The notes beneath the pieces are model-generated. The model saw only the letters and a program-made list of their open reading frames with translations. It searched no databases and was not told the origin of the DNA. The position numbers were made by a program, and so were the translations under genes. Of a stretch of DNA of 64,000 bases, positions 16,903-26,841 are shown piece after piece. Source of the stretch: Myxococcota bacterium (GTDB taxonomy: Bacteria > Myxococcota_A > UBA796 > CAJQPC01); the NCBI GenBank assembly GCA_036229005.1, contig JAZAMN010000020.1:160001-224000 (forward strand). Reading direction: 5' to 3'. The stretch's first letter is position 1. Each line of letters opens with the position of its first letter.

Positions 16903-17817
16903 TTGAGCGCAGAAGTCATGCCTCGCAAGGACCCGCTGCCCCTGGCGGCGTTCAAGGCCCTCCGCCCCAAGCAGTGGACCAAGAATGTCCTGCTGCTCGC
17001 GGCCCTCATCTTCTCCATCAAGTTCACCGACCTGCACAGCGTCGGTCTGGCCTTCTGGGGCGTCGGCGCCTTCTGCCTGATGTCCTCCTCCGGCTACATC
17101 TTCAACGACCTGATGGACCGCGAGGCGGACGCCCTCCACCCCGAGAAGAAGCGCCGCCCCATCGCCTCCGGAGCCCTCCCCGTGGGCGCCGCCTGGGGCC
17201 TGGGCATCCTCTGCCTGGTCGCCGGCTCCGCCCTGGCCTTCCTGCTGGATCCCTGGTTCGCGGCCATCGCCGCCGGCTACTGGGTCAACACCATGACCTA
17301 CAGCGTCTGGGGCAAGCACCAGGTCATCCTGGACGTCATGATGATCGCGGCGGGCTTCTTGGCCCGCGCCATGGCCGGCGCCGTCGCCATCAACGTGCCC
17401 ATCTCCCCCTGGCTGCTGCTCTGCGCGGGCTTCCTGGCCCTCTTCCTGGGCTTCAACAAGCGCCGCGGCGAGCTGCTCTCCGTGGGCGACGGCGGCCAGC
17501 GCAAGAGCCTCAAGCACTACAACACCAACCTGCTCGAGGAGATCCAGGCGGTCACCTCCAGCGGCGCCATCATCAGCTACGCGCTCTACACGGTGCTGGG
17601 CTCCCCCACGCCCTGGCTGCTGCTGACCTTCCCGCTGCCGCTCTATGCCGTCTGGCGCTACATGTACCTGGTCCAGCAGGGCAAGACGGGCGACCCCTCC
17701 AAGGTCCTGCTCACCGACAAACCCATCCTGATCATCTGCGTGGTCTACGGCCTGGTCGCCATGGGCATCCTGCTGTGGGCCCCCACCGACGGCGGCGACC
17801 TCTTCGGGCCCCTCTGA
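16903..17817 (+). CDS. UbiA family prenyltransferase (decaprenyl-phosphate phosphoribosyltransferase-like)
   Basis: LRPKQWTKN, YIFNDLMDREADALHPEKKRRPIASG, KRRGEL; alternative start ATG 16918. Confidence 0.88.
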   Translation: MSAEVMPRKDPLPLAAFKALRPKQWTKNVLLLAALIFSIKFTDLHSVGLAFWGVGAFCLMSSSGYIFNDLMDREADALHPEKKRRPIASGALPVGAAWGLGILCLVAGSALAFLLDPWFAAIAAGYWVNTMTYSVWGKHQVILDVMMIAAGFLARAMAGAVAINVPISPWLLLCAGFLALFLGFNKRRGELLSVGDGGQRKSLKHYNTNLLEEIQAVTSSGAIISYALYTVLGSPTPWLLLTFPLPLYAVWRYMYLVQQGKTGDPSKVLLTDKPILIICVVYGLVAMGILLWAPTDGGDLFGPL

Positions 17818-17826
17818 GCCCAGCGC

Positions 17827-18210
17827 TCAGGCCCGGGGGTTGAACACCAGCTCCCAGGGGTTGCCCTCGGGGTCCAGGAAATAGCCCCGGTAGCCCCCCC
17901 ACGCGGCGCGCTCCGCCGGCCGGGTGATCCGCGCCCCCGCCGCCTGCGCCCGCGCCATCCACGCGTCGACCTCCTGCGCGCTGTCCACGTTCAGGGAGAT
18001 CAGCGTGCGCCCAAGCCCCCCCTGCGGCAGCGCCACGCCCAGCTCCGCAGACAGCGCCTCTGCGGGGTACAGCGCCAAGGTCAGCGGCCCCAGGGAGAAG
18101 CAGATCAGAGCCCCCGGCCCCTCTCGGCTCACCACCAGCCCCAGGGCCTCATAGAACCCCCGCAAGACCCCTGGCGCAGCCGAGGACAGGGTGATGTAGC
18201 TGGGGCGCAT
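17827..18210 (-). CDS. VOC/glyoxalase family protein
   Basis: SYITL...FYEALG...WGGYRGYFLDPEGNPWEL; ATG 18210 overlaps upstream stop. Confidence 0.85.
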   Translation of the reverse strand: MRPSYITLSSAAPGVLRGFYEALGLVVSREGPGALICFSLGPLTLALYPAEALSAELGVALPQGGLGRTLISLNVDSAQEVDAWMARAQAAGARITRPAERAAWGGYRGYFLDPEGNPWELVFNPRA

Positions 18211-19139
18211 CACGGCTGGAGCTGCTCCACGATGCGCGGCGGAGGGCCCGCGGCGGGCACATCGGCCAGCGCCTGCAGCGACGGAGAGGACGCCAGGGTC
18301 GTGCCCGGCTCCCCCGGATCCACGTCCACGTAGCGCACCAGCAGGCCGTGGCCCTGGGGCCCCAGCCACGCCGCGGGCAGCGACAGCTCCAGGCCCGTCC
18401 CGAACTCCACGGACTCGGTGAACACCGCGTGCGCCCCCGCGGGAGTGGGCGCGACCCCGGCCCCCTGCACCGGCAGGCTCACGGCGCCCTGGAGCGTCTG
18501 CACCTCGATGCGGTCCTGGCCGGGGAGCAGGGCGTCGTCCCGGACGCGCAGGGCCAGCACCAGGTCGGGGCCGTCGATGCGCCCGACGATCGCCAGCGCG
18601 CCGTCCCGGGGCCCGCTCCAGTGCGTGAGGCCCTCGCGCACGTGCCCCCGGCTGTCCACCGCCAGGCTGCGGGAGCCGCGCCACTCCTCCAGGTCGCCGT
18701 CCGCCAGGGCCTGGCCCTCGGTGAGCAGCACCATGGACACGATGCCGAAGGGGTCCAGGCTCTCATCGGAGAGCTGGCTGGCCGTGAGCAGCTCCACCGA
18801 GCGCAGGGCTGCGACCCCGTCGACCAGCACCAGGGGCTGATGGCGCAGGGGAAGCGCCAGGGTGACCTCGTCTGCGGAGCGGGTGACACCGAAGCCCTGA
18901 CCTGGACCCTGGGCCCGGACGGTGGACTCAATGGGTGCGGAGGGCCACACAGCCCCATCGACCCGGAGCGCAGAGGGGGCGTATCGGAGCTGGGGCGGGC
19001 GCTCGGGATCGTCCAGGCGCACCACCACGGAGAGCTGCCGACCATCCTGGGTGTCGACCCCCACAGCCACCGCCGCCGGGAGCAGATCGCGCCGGTCGGG
19101 GACGGGGGCGCAGGCCAGCGCCAGGGTCAGGAGAGGCAC
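18210..19139 (-). CDS. Hypothetical lipoprotein (possible CBM9/DOMON-like C-terminus)
   Basis: ALAC lipobox; DGDLEEW...LALRVRDD...DRIEV pattern. Confidence 0.65.
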   Translation of the reverse strand: MPLLTLALACAPVPDRRDLLPAAVAVGVDTQDGRQLSVVVRLDDPERPPQLRYAPSALRVDGAVWPSAPIESTVRAQGPGQGFGVTRSADEVTLALPLRHQPLVLVDGVAALRSVELLTASQLSDESLDPFGIVSMVLLTEGQALADGDLEEWRGSRSLAVDSRGHVREGLTHWSGPRDGALAIVGRIDGPDLVLALRVRDDALLPGQDRIEVQTLQGAVSLPVQGAGVAPTPAGAHAVFTESVEFGTGLELSLPAAWLGPQGHGLLVRYVDVDPGEPGTTLASSPSLQALADVPAAGPPPRIVEQLQP

Positions 19140-19657
19140 GCCGCCAGCAGCGCGTCGAGGTCCGGGAGCTCCCCGACGTGGGCGCCGTAGTGGGCGTGGA
19201 CGACCCGACCGCCCTTGAGGACGAGCTGGGCCGGCAGCCGGAGCTGACGCCGCTCGATGGGGCCGTGTCCGTGTCGGAGCGCCCGCACCGCGCCGCGGAT
19301 CGAGGCCACGCCGAGCCCCCGCAGCCGTCCAGACAAGGGCTTTGCACCGCCCACACCCCAGGCCTCGAACAGGGCCTGCTCGGGGTCGGTGATCAGGGGG
19401 TAGAGCAGGTGGTGGCGGGGCACGAAGTCCCGGGCGAGCTCCAGGTCCGAGTCGGAGATCGCGACGACCTGGACGCCCTCCACGTCAAAGTCCCCGTGGC
19501 GCGCCTGGAGCTGGAACAGCGCCTCGCGGGTCAGGGGGGACGAGAGGGAGCGGACGAACACCACGAGCTGGGTGCGCTCGGGATCGGGCAGCCGGACGGG
19601 CAGGCCGAAAACCGGCTGACGCTCTACGGAAGGGGGGGTGTCGCCGACGGAGAACAT
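19127..19657 (-). CDS. Peroxiredoxin-like (AhpC/TSA) thioredoxin-fold protein lacking active-site Cys
   Basis: VGDTPP, VVFVRSLSSPLTRE, VVAIS, LITDPEQALFEAWG, LPAQLVL. Confidence 0.75.
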   Translation of the reverse strand: MFSVGDTPPSVERQPVFGLPVRLPDPERTQLVVFVRSLSSPLTREALFQLQARHGDFDVEGVQVVAISDSDLELARDFVPRHHLLYPLITDPEQALFEAWGVGGAKPLSGRLRGLGVASIRGAVRALRHGHGPIERRQLRLPAQLVLKGGRVVHAHYGAHVGELPDLDALLAACLS

Positions 19658-19721
19658 GGGGGACTGATAATGACATTCTCCGCACCTTGCTGGCGCGGCG
19701 TTTGGCGTACAGGATGTGTGC

Positions 19722-20648
19722 ATGCTCGAGATTCAAGACAAGGTCCTGGACACCCTGGTCCAGCGCGCAACCGAGAACACCGCCCGTGCCGGCTGCCTGG
19801 TCGACCAGCTCGAGCAGCTCGACCAGCTCGATCAGCCGCTGTTGGACGACGTCCTGCGCGAGATGATCGCCCAGCGACGCGCCGCCCTGGAGCATGAGCT
19901 GGCCCAGTTGATCCTGAGCTGGCGCCGCATGGGCGGCCGCGTCTGCCTGAACGCCGAGGGCCTCCAGACCGCCCCGACCCGCGTCCAGATCGAGCCCGAG
20001 CCCGAGCCCGAAGAGGCCCCGGACCCCCAGTGGACCCGGGTGCTCGCGAGCCTGCTGCGGAAGGGCCGCCACCACAAGGCCTACACCGAAGAGCTGGCCG
20101 CCATCGGCGCGGTCCTGGAGGCCGTCGACCAGTGGCCTCGGCTCCCCCGCCGCGCGCAGTCCACGCTGATCGAGTGGCTCACCGCCCGCCTGCGCCACCT
20201 CCAGACCACCGGCGATGAGCGCGACTGGCGCGTCGAGCAGGGCTTCTCCGTGCTGACCCGCTACTCCCGCAGCCGCAAGCCGGGCTTCTGCTATGGGCTG
20301 GCGCGGGACCACTGCCCCCGGGACGAGTCCTGGGCCGCCGACGCCGTGGCCCTGCGCGAGCGCCTCCGGGACGCCATGGGCAGCGGAGAGGCCACCCCCG
20401 CCGACTCCCAGCGCATGCTCTCCGAGCTCCAGGAGCTGGGGCAGGAGCTCGAGCTCGCCCCCGATGTCGCCCAGGAGGCCGTGCGCTCCCAGCTCCTGGG
20501 CCGCCTGCAGTTCTGCCTGGACGAAGGCCTGCTGGCCCGCGATCCCCTCCTGGTGGCCCTGGCCACCCCCCAGCTCGAGCAGCTCGACGGGCCCCACTTC
20601 AAGGCCCTGCGCCGCGCCATCCTGGACAAGAGCGACCGCCGGATCTGA
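19722..20648 (+). CDS. Hypothetical helical protein
   Basis: Host-like codon bias; GFCYGLARDH-P--ESW motif; no family recognised. Confidence 0.7.
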   Translation: MLEIQDKVLDTLVQRATENTARAGCLVDQLEQLDQLDQPLLDDVLREMIAQRRAALEHELAQLILSWRRMGGRVCLNAEGLQTAPTRVQIEPEPEPEEAPDPQWTRVLASLLRKGRHHKAYTEELAAIGAVLEAVDQWPRLPRRAQSTLIEWLTARLRHLQTTGDERDWRVEQGFSVLTRYSRSRKPGFCYGLARDHCPRDESWAADAVALRERLRDAMGSGEATPADSQRMLSELQELGQELELAPDVAQEAVRSQLLGRLQFCLDEGLLARDPLLVALATPQLEQLDGPHFKALRRAILDKSDRRI

Positions 20649-20733
20649 GCCCGCCCGCGGCCCCTCTGTTTCTGTCGATTTCATCCGGGCGGATCTCACG
20701 GAGATCCCCGGCGGATGCTGATAGCTTGGCCCC

Positions 20734-23700
20734 GTGATCCCCTCCCACGCCAGCGGCGCCAGCATCGGCAACTGGTCCCTGGACTGGCGCCTGGGCGAAG
20801 GCAGCAGCGCGATCGTCTACCGCTGCGTGAACGCCACTGGCCTGGTCGCCGCCATGAAGCTGGCCCGCGACGCCCTGGCCCGCCCCCGCATCGAGCGCGA
20901 AGCCCAGACCCTGGCCCGAGGCCTGCACCCGGCGCTCCCCCGCCTGCTGGAGCACCTGGACGGGGGCTTCGTGATGGAGCTCATCCAGGGCAGCTCCCTG
21001 CGCGGGCTGGTGGTCGAGGCCGCGACGGCCGCCGGGATCGGGGCGCAGCTCTCGCAGGCGCTGGGGGCTCTGCACGCGGCAGGTCTGGCCCACGGGGATC
21101 TCTCCCCTCAGAACGTCTTGGTCGACCGCTCGGGGGACACGCGGCTCATCGACCTGGGTGGAGTCTGTGGCGCAGACGAGGTCACCCGTGCCCACACCAC
21201 CGGCTTCGCCGCCCCCGAGCCCGAGCCCACCGGCGCGGACCAGGACCGCTACGCGCTGGGCGCGCTGCTCCAGGGCCTCGCGGACGCGCCCCCGCCGGAG
21301 ATGGCCGCCGTGATCCGCGCCCTGCTCAGCCCGGACCCCGCCCAGCGCCCCCGGATGGACCAGGTGTTCCACGCGCTGGATCCCCTGGCCACCCGCCCGG
21401 GCGCCGTGGTCGCGGCCACCCTGGCGGAGGCCGCCACCCAGCTCCCCATCGAGCCCGGCCCCTTCGGCCGCTACACCCTGGAGCGCCGCCGCGGGCGCGG
21501 CGCGATGGGCGAGGTCTGGCAGGCCCAGGACGGCGTGCTCCGGCGCAAGGTCGCCCTCAAGCTGAGCTTCTCCGAGCAGGGCCGCTTCCTGCGGGAGGCG
21601 CGCGCGCTGGCCCGGCTGGACCACCCCAGCCTGGTGCGGCTGCTGGACTTCGGGCAGCAGGACGGGCGCAGCTTCCTGGCCATGGACCTGGTGGAGGGCC
21701 CCAGCCTGCAGGCGCGCCTGGAGGCCGGCCCCCTCTCGGAGGCCGAGCTGCTCCCGCTGGCCCAGGCCATCGCCGAGGGCCTGGCCGCGGTGCACCACGC
21801 CGGGCTGCTGCACCGGGACCTCAAGCCGGCCAACATCCTGCTCGCCCCGGAGGGCCCTCGGCTGGCCGACTTCGGGCTGGCCAGCTCCGCGGAGGGCAGC
21901 CAGCTCACCCAGGACGGCGCCCGCCTGGGGACCCCCGCCTACATGGCGCCCGAGCAGGCCCGGGGGGAGCCCCTGACCCCCGCCGCGGACGTCTACGGCC
22001 TGGGGGCGACCCTGTACCGGGCCATCAGCGGCAGGCGCCCCTTCCCGGGCAGCGACCCCGTCCAGGTGCTCGCGCAGGTGTCCGCGGGGCCGCCCCCCCG
22101 GCTGGAGCAGGGCTCCCCCGGACTCCGGGCCCTGGTCGCCCGCTGCATGGCCGCCCACCCCGCCGACCGCCCCCAGGACGGCCAGGCGCTGGTCGCCGAG
22201 CTGGAGCGCCTGGCTCGGGGCCAGAGCATCCAGGCGCCCAGCGCCCTGCGCCCCTGGCTGCGCCAGCACCGGGGCGGCCTGACCCTGGGGCTGGCCGGCC
22301 TGCTCGCCGCCGGGGCCACATTCTGGGCCGCGACCGGGCGGCAGGCCCGGCTGGCGGAGCGCGCCCAGATCGTTCAGCAGCAGCAGGTGGCGGCCCTGGA
22401 GGCGCAGGCCGCGGAGCTGGCCCTGCGCGATCCCCAGGCCGCCCTGCGGCTCCTGACCGAGGGCCTGGAGGCGCCCCCCCTGCGGGACAGCGCGGCGGCC
22501 GCCCAGGCCTGGCTGCGGCACGCCCGCGATCTGGACGCGCGCGGTGACCTCAGCGGGGCGGATCAGGCGCGCGCCCGGGCCTTCATCCACCACCCCCAGC
22601 CCGCGCAGGTGCTGGCCGAGCTGGGCCTGTCGCTGCAGGCGCAGGGTCAGCTCGAGGCCGCCCGGCAGGTGGGCTGGATCCTGGCCGAGCTGCCGGACCC
22701 CAGCCCGGAGAGCGACGCGCTGATCGCGGCGGCCCGAGTGGCTTCGGGTGACCTCGCTGGTGCCCAGGGGCCCCTGCGCAGTGTGTTGATGGCGCTGGAT
22801 GCGAGCGAGTTGGTCCCGGATCCCGGAGCGGCTGCCCAGCCCCTCCACCAGGGGAGCCCCCTGCCCGCGCACACCCAAGTGACGCAGCTCCCGGACAGCG
22901 CGACCCCGGAGTGGATCTACGCCGAAGAGGGCGTCTGGGGACTGGATCCGGACTCCGGGGCCCGGCGGGAGCTGGTCACCCCCATCCCCGGCAGCCACGA
23001 AGACCTGCTGCTGGCCCAGGTCAAGCCCGGCGGGGCCCCGGAGCTGGTGCTGCCAAGCGGGGCCTGGGGACCCTTCGACCTGCGGGTGTTCTCCAGCGCG
23101 GAGCCGGCGCCCTACCCCTTGCTGGTGCGCCTGCCCGTGGGCCACATCAGCTCCCTGGCGGCGCTGCCCCACCCCGACGGCGACCTGATGCTGCTGCCCA
23201 TCCGACACCTCTACGGGAGCCGCGAGGTCTTCCCCCAGGGGGACCCGGAGGGCCTGGGCGCGGGGCTGCATGTGCTCGGGCTGCGCGGGGGGCGGCTGCA
23301 GGTGCTGGACAGCTTCTGGGACGAACAGGGCTACGACCAGGTGTTCAGCGCCGACGTGGACGGCGACGGGCGCCTGGAGGGCTTCGCCCAGAGCGCGGAC
23401 CACCTGCTGGTGGTCGCGGAGCGACAGGGCAGGGTCCACCACCAGTGGATCGCCGGCGTGGACGCCTCCCGGCGGGCCGGGGACCTGGACGGCGACGGAG
23501 ACGAGGAGCTCTACGCGCGGGTGGACGGCCAGTGGCGCGTGCTGGGGTCGGGGGACCAGCCCTTTCCTCGCTCGGGCCCACCCCCCTCCACGCAGGTGGC
23601 GCAGGCCCAGGTGCGCAGAGCGGTGCAGCTCGACGAGCTCGGGCTCCACGAGGCCTCCATCTCCTCCCTGGAGCGGCTGCTGAGCGACCCGGAGCTGAGG

Positions 23701-25176
23701 GCGCTGGCCGCCTGGGAGCTGGGCGGGGTGCACCAGCGGGCAGAGGACCTGGGGCGCGCGGAGGCTGCGTGGGTCCTCGCGATCGAGGACCCTGAGCTGG
23801 GCGAACAGGCGCTGCGGGCGCTGGCCGAGAACGCCTGGGAGGACCACCGGGCGGCGGACGCCATCGCCTTCAACGAGCGCCTCCAGCGGCGCTACCCCGA
23901 CAGCCCACCCCTCCCGGCACAGACCTGGGCGCAGGCCGACGCGCGCCACAGCACCCTGGACTTCCGCGGCGCGATCCCGCCCCAGGTCTGGGTCCAGAGC
24001 CACGGTCTGCAGGTGACCGGCGACGGCCTGCGCATCTCCCGGGCCCAGGACACCATCCTGCTGCGCATCCCCCTCCAGTGGGACGGCCACAGCCCCCTGC
24101 GCGTGGAGCTGGACGCAAACATCGAGCGCCTCGAGTGGGGCAGCGGCCTGCGGGTGAGCCTGGAGGACAGCGCGGGCGGCTGGTTCCTGGGGCAGATCTT
24201 CGGGATGGGGGGCGCACAGGCCGTGGGCGCCGAGCTCTCCTGCGGGGACGGTCAGCGGCGACGGCCCGCCCGGGTGCTGCCCCAGGACGCCGCGCTGGTC
24301 GAGCTCTCGGGCCTGTGGACCTTCACCTTTGGGCCGGAGCGCAGCCGCTGCCACCACCCCGCGTGGCCCCAGAGCGTCTCCATGGACATCGCGCGCCCCC
24401 TGTCACCGGGCCGGGTCGACCTGCTGATCGGCAGCTCCTCCTACGCCAGCGCCAACGAGGCCCGCTCGCTGCTCCGCAGCATCGAGATCCACGGCGCCGA
24501 GCTGCTGGAGCTCCCCGAGCCCACCCCCACCCTGCGGGCCGCCGCCCACGGTGAACTCAGCCAAGATGGAGACCTGGAGACGCAGCTTCGCCGCCTGATG
24601 TCGCAGGGTCGCCGCGAGGCCGTGCAGGCGCTCTGGGACGCCCAGCCGGAGCTCCCTCCCTTTGTGGGCGCGCTGCTGCGGGAGCGCCCCGATCTGTGGA
24701 TCCCCATCCTGTGGGCCGACCCCCAAGCCGACCCCCTGAGCGTGTACGGACTCGCCCTCATCGGGGCGCTCGCCCAGCACCCCGGCGACCCCGAGCTGGA
24801 CGGGGAGATCCTGGAGCTCCGCGGCCTGGAGTCCATGGACCACCCCGACCCCGAGCTGCTGGCGCTGCTGCTCTTCATCCGCGGCGAGGCCCTGCTCCGG
24901 AGGGGCGATCTCGCCAGCGCCCGCGCCCACCTGGAGCGCTCCCAGGCCCTGCAGCCCACCCCCCTGAGCGCCGGCCGCGCCCTGGTACAGCTCGAGCTCG
25001 CGGCGGGCGATCCGGACGCGGCGATGGACCTGGCCCTGGAGCTGGTCAGCGGGCAGCGCTACACCGTCGCGGACCACCTGGCGCTGCACCCCGCCTTGAG
25101 CGACCTGCACACCCACCCCCGCTGGCCCGAGCTGGAGGCCGCCCGCGCCCTTGAGGAGCCCCCGCCGCCCCGCTAA
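20734..25176 (+). CDS. Tandem two-domain Ser/Thr kinase with TM, FG-GAP-like and TPR-like regions
   Basis: Kinase 1: GEGSSA, HGDLSPQN, DLG; kinase 2: GRGAMG, HRDLKPAN, DFG, GTPAYMAPE; DVDGDG and DLDGDG motifs. Confidence 0.88.
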   Translation: MIPSHASGASIGNWSLDWRLGEGSSAIVYRCVNATGLVAAMKLARDALARPRIEREAQTLARGLHPALPRLLEHLDGGFVMELIQGSSLRGLVVEAATAAGIGAQLSQALGALHAAGLAHGDLSPQNVLVDRSGDTRLIDLGGVCGADEVTRAHTTGFAAPEPEPTGADQDRYALGALLQGLADAPPPEMAAVIRALLSPDPAQRPRMDQVFHALDPLATRPGAVVAATLAEAATQLPIEPGPFGRYTLERRRGRGAMGEVWQAQDGVLRRKVALKLSFSEQGRFLREARALARLDHPSLVRLLDFGQQDGRSFLAMDLVEGPSLQARLEAGPLSEAELLPLAQAIAEGLAAVHHAGLLHRDLKPANILLAPEGPRLADFGLASSAEGSQLTQDGARLGTPAYMAPEQARGEPLTPAADVYGLGATLYRAISGRRPFPGSDPVQVLAQVSAGPPPRLEQGSPGLRALVARCMAAHPADRPQDGQALVAELERLARGQSIQAPSALRPWLRQHRGGLTLGLAGLLAAGATFWAATGRQARLAERAQIVQQQQVAALEAQAAELALRDPQAALRLLTEGLEAPPLRDSAAAAQAWLRHARDLDARGDLSGADQARARAFIHHPQPAQVLAELGLSLQAQGQLEAARQVGWILAELPDPSPESDALIAAARVASGDLAGAQGPLRSVLMALDASELVPDPGAAAQPLHQGSPLPAHTQVTQLPDSATPEWIYAEEGVWGLDPDSGARRELVTPIPGSHEDLLLAQVKPGGAPELVLPSGAWGPFDLRVFSSAEPAPYPLLVRLPVGHISSLAALPHPDGDLMLLPIRHLYGSREVFPQGDPEGLGAGLHVLGLRGGRLQVLDSFWDEQGYDQVFSADVDGDGRLEGFAQSADHLLVVAERQGRVHHQWIAGVDASRRAGDLDGDGDEELYARVDGQWRVLGSGDQPFPRSGPPPSTQVAQAQVRRAVQLDELGLHEASISSLERLLSDPELRALAAWELGGVHQRAEDLGRAEAAWVLAIEDPELGEQALRALAENAWEDHRAADAIAFNERLQRRYPDSPPLPAQTWAQADARHSTLDFRGAIPPQVWVQSHGLQVTGDGLRISRAQDTILLRIPLQWDGHSPLRVELDANIERLEWGSGLRVSLEDSAGGWFLGQIFGMGGAQAVGAELSCGDGQRRRPARVLPQDAALVELSGLWTFTFGPERSRCHHPAWPQSVSMDIARPLSPGRVDLLIGSSSYASANEARSLLRSIEIHGAELLELPEPTPTLRAAAHGELSQDGDLETQLRRLMSQGRREAVQALWDAQPELPPFVGALLRERPDLWIPILWADPQADPLSVYGLALIGALAQHPGDPELDGEILELRGLESMDHPDPELLALLLFIRGEALLRRGDLASARAHLERSQALQPTPLSAGRALVQLELAAGDPDAAMDLALELVSGQRYTVADHLALHPALSDLHTHPRWPELEAARALEEPPPPR

Positions 25177-25186
25177 CGTTCAGGGC

Positions 25187-26077
25187 ATGGGCTCCCTGAT
25201 TCCCCCCAACGGCCACCCCGTCGCTCTGTCCGCGCGCAGCGTCCTGGGGCGCGCCCCCGGCTGCCAGATCCAGGTCTCCGATCCCCGCGTGAGCGGCGAA
25301 CACCTGGTGCTCACCTGGAGCGGTGGGTGCTGGCACGTCCGGGACCTGGGGAGCAGCAATGGCACCTGGCTTGACGGGGAGCGCCTGCACCCCGGAGACA
25401 AGCGTCCCCTTCGCACTGGCTCTGCACTGGGGCTCGCCAGCGAGGACACGCTCTGGCGCTTGGGGGACGCCAGCCCTCCCGGTGCGGTGGCGCGCTGCGA
25501 TGACGGCCGGGTGGTCCGCGCACAGGGCGGCGTGCTCCTGCTGCCCGATGACCGCAGCCCCCGCCTGGCGCTCTTTGAGCGCTCCGGCGCCTGGGTGCGC
25601 GAAGACAGCGACGCCACCGTCCGCAGCGGCGACACCCTGGAGCTGGACGGCGCGCGCTGGGTCCTGGAGCTCCCCCATGGCCTCCCCGCCACGCTGGAGG
25701 CTGAGCGCGCACCGGAGCTGCACTTCCAGGTCTCCCCGGACGAGGAGTACTGCACCATCACCCTGCACCACGGTGAGCGCCGGGTGGAGCACGGCCCCCG
25801 CAGCTTCAACTACCTGCTGCTCACCCTGGCCCGCCTGCGCGAGCAGGACCACCAGCTCCCCACCGCGAACCGCGGCTGGGTGCACCAGGAGGACCTGGCC
25901 CGCATGCTGCGTCTGGAGCCCACCACCATCAACGTCCAGATCTACCGGGCCCGCCAGGCGCTGGGCGTGCTCGTGGCCGGTCTGGGCACCGAGCTGATCG
26001 AGCGTCGGGCCCGCACCCGCCAGCTCCGCCTGGGGGTGGAGCGCTTCCGGATCACCCAGATCGGCGACTACTCGTAG
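25187..26077 (+). CDS. FHA domain + C-terminal HTH regulator
   Basis: LGR...VSGEH...DLGSSNGT FHA core; INVQIYRARQAL HTH. Confidence 0.85.
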   Translation: MGSLIPPNGHPVALSARSVLGRAPGCQIQVSDPRVSGEHLVLTWSGGCWHVRDLGSSNGTWLDGERLHPGDKRPLRTGSALGLASEDTLWRLGDASPPGAVARCDDGRVVRAQGGVLLLPDDRSPRLALFERSGAWVREDSDATVRSGDTLELDGARWVLELPHGLPATLEAERAPELHFQVSPDEEYCTITLHHGERRVEHGPRSFNYLLLTLARLREQDHQLPTANRGWVHQEDLARMLRLEPTTINVQIYRARQALGVLVAGLGTELIERRARTRQLRLGVERFRITQIGDYS

Positions 26078-26841
26078 CGGTAGCCCGCGCCGCTCACGAA
26101 GGGGTAGGCCGCCAGCCCCTCGTCCAGCATCCGGTCCACCGTCAGGGTGAGCACGTTGGTGGGCAGGCCCAGGTCCGCGCGCACCTCGTTCACCAGGTCG
26201 GTCACCAGGATCTGGTCGGCGCCGAAGCCGGCCACCATGCTCGCTGCGGCCTCCTCTTCTCCGGGCTCCATGCCCACGATCACCCAGTCCGCGCCCACAA
26301 AGCGCTCCTGGGCCCCGCGCAGCCACTCGGCGTCGGTCCCGCGGTGCAGCGCCAGGCCCAGGTGCAGCAGGCGCTTGCCGTTGGGGAAGGTGAGCTGGAC
26401 CACCTGGGGGCGGGAGGCCGGGGGCTTGTCCCGCTTGAGCAGCTTGCGGGCGGCCGAGCTGGGCTTGCGCAGGGCGGCGACCGCCTTGACCCACACCTCG
26501 TCCGGGGTGCGGGGCGTGTAGTCCAGGGCCTCCACGGAGACCTGCTTGTCCACCTGACCGCCCAGGGGGCGGAAGTCGCCTTGGCCCTGCTGCTGCAGCC
26601 AGCCGCTCAGGGACTCGTCGGCCATCACGCGCAGGCGGGTCCCGCCGCGCAGCGCCTTGAGGGTCCCCTTGAGCCGCTCGGGCACGTGCCAGGTCAGGAT
26701 CACCTGGTCCTCTTCGGTGGGGGCCTGGGCCGGGTCGAAGAGGAAGCGCCGCCCGGACCACTCCACATGCACGCCAGCGTAGCCGTGGTGGGAGAGCCGG
26801 AGGGTCCAGGGGAAGGGCATGCCAGAGGCAGTCGTCGTCAT
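26068..26841 (-). CDS. Degenerate metallo-beta-lactamase-fold-like protein
   Basis: GYAGVHVEWSGRRFLFDP resembles the MBL N-terminus, but HxHxDH is replaced by TWHVPER. Confidence 0.55.
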   Translation of the reverse strand: MTTTASGMPFPWTLRLSHHGYAGVHVEWSGRRFLFDPAQAPTEEDQVILTWHVPERLKGTLKALRGGTRLRVMADESLSGWLQQQGQGDFRPLGGQVDKQVSVEALDYTPRTPDEVWVKAVAALRKPSSAARKLLKRDKPPASRPQVVQLTFPNGKRLLHLGLALHRGTDAEWLRGAQERFVGADWVIVGMEPGEEEAAASMVAGFGADQILVTDLVNEVRADLGLPTNVLTLTVDRMLDEGLAAYPFVSGAGYRYE

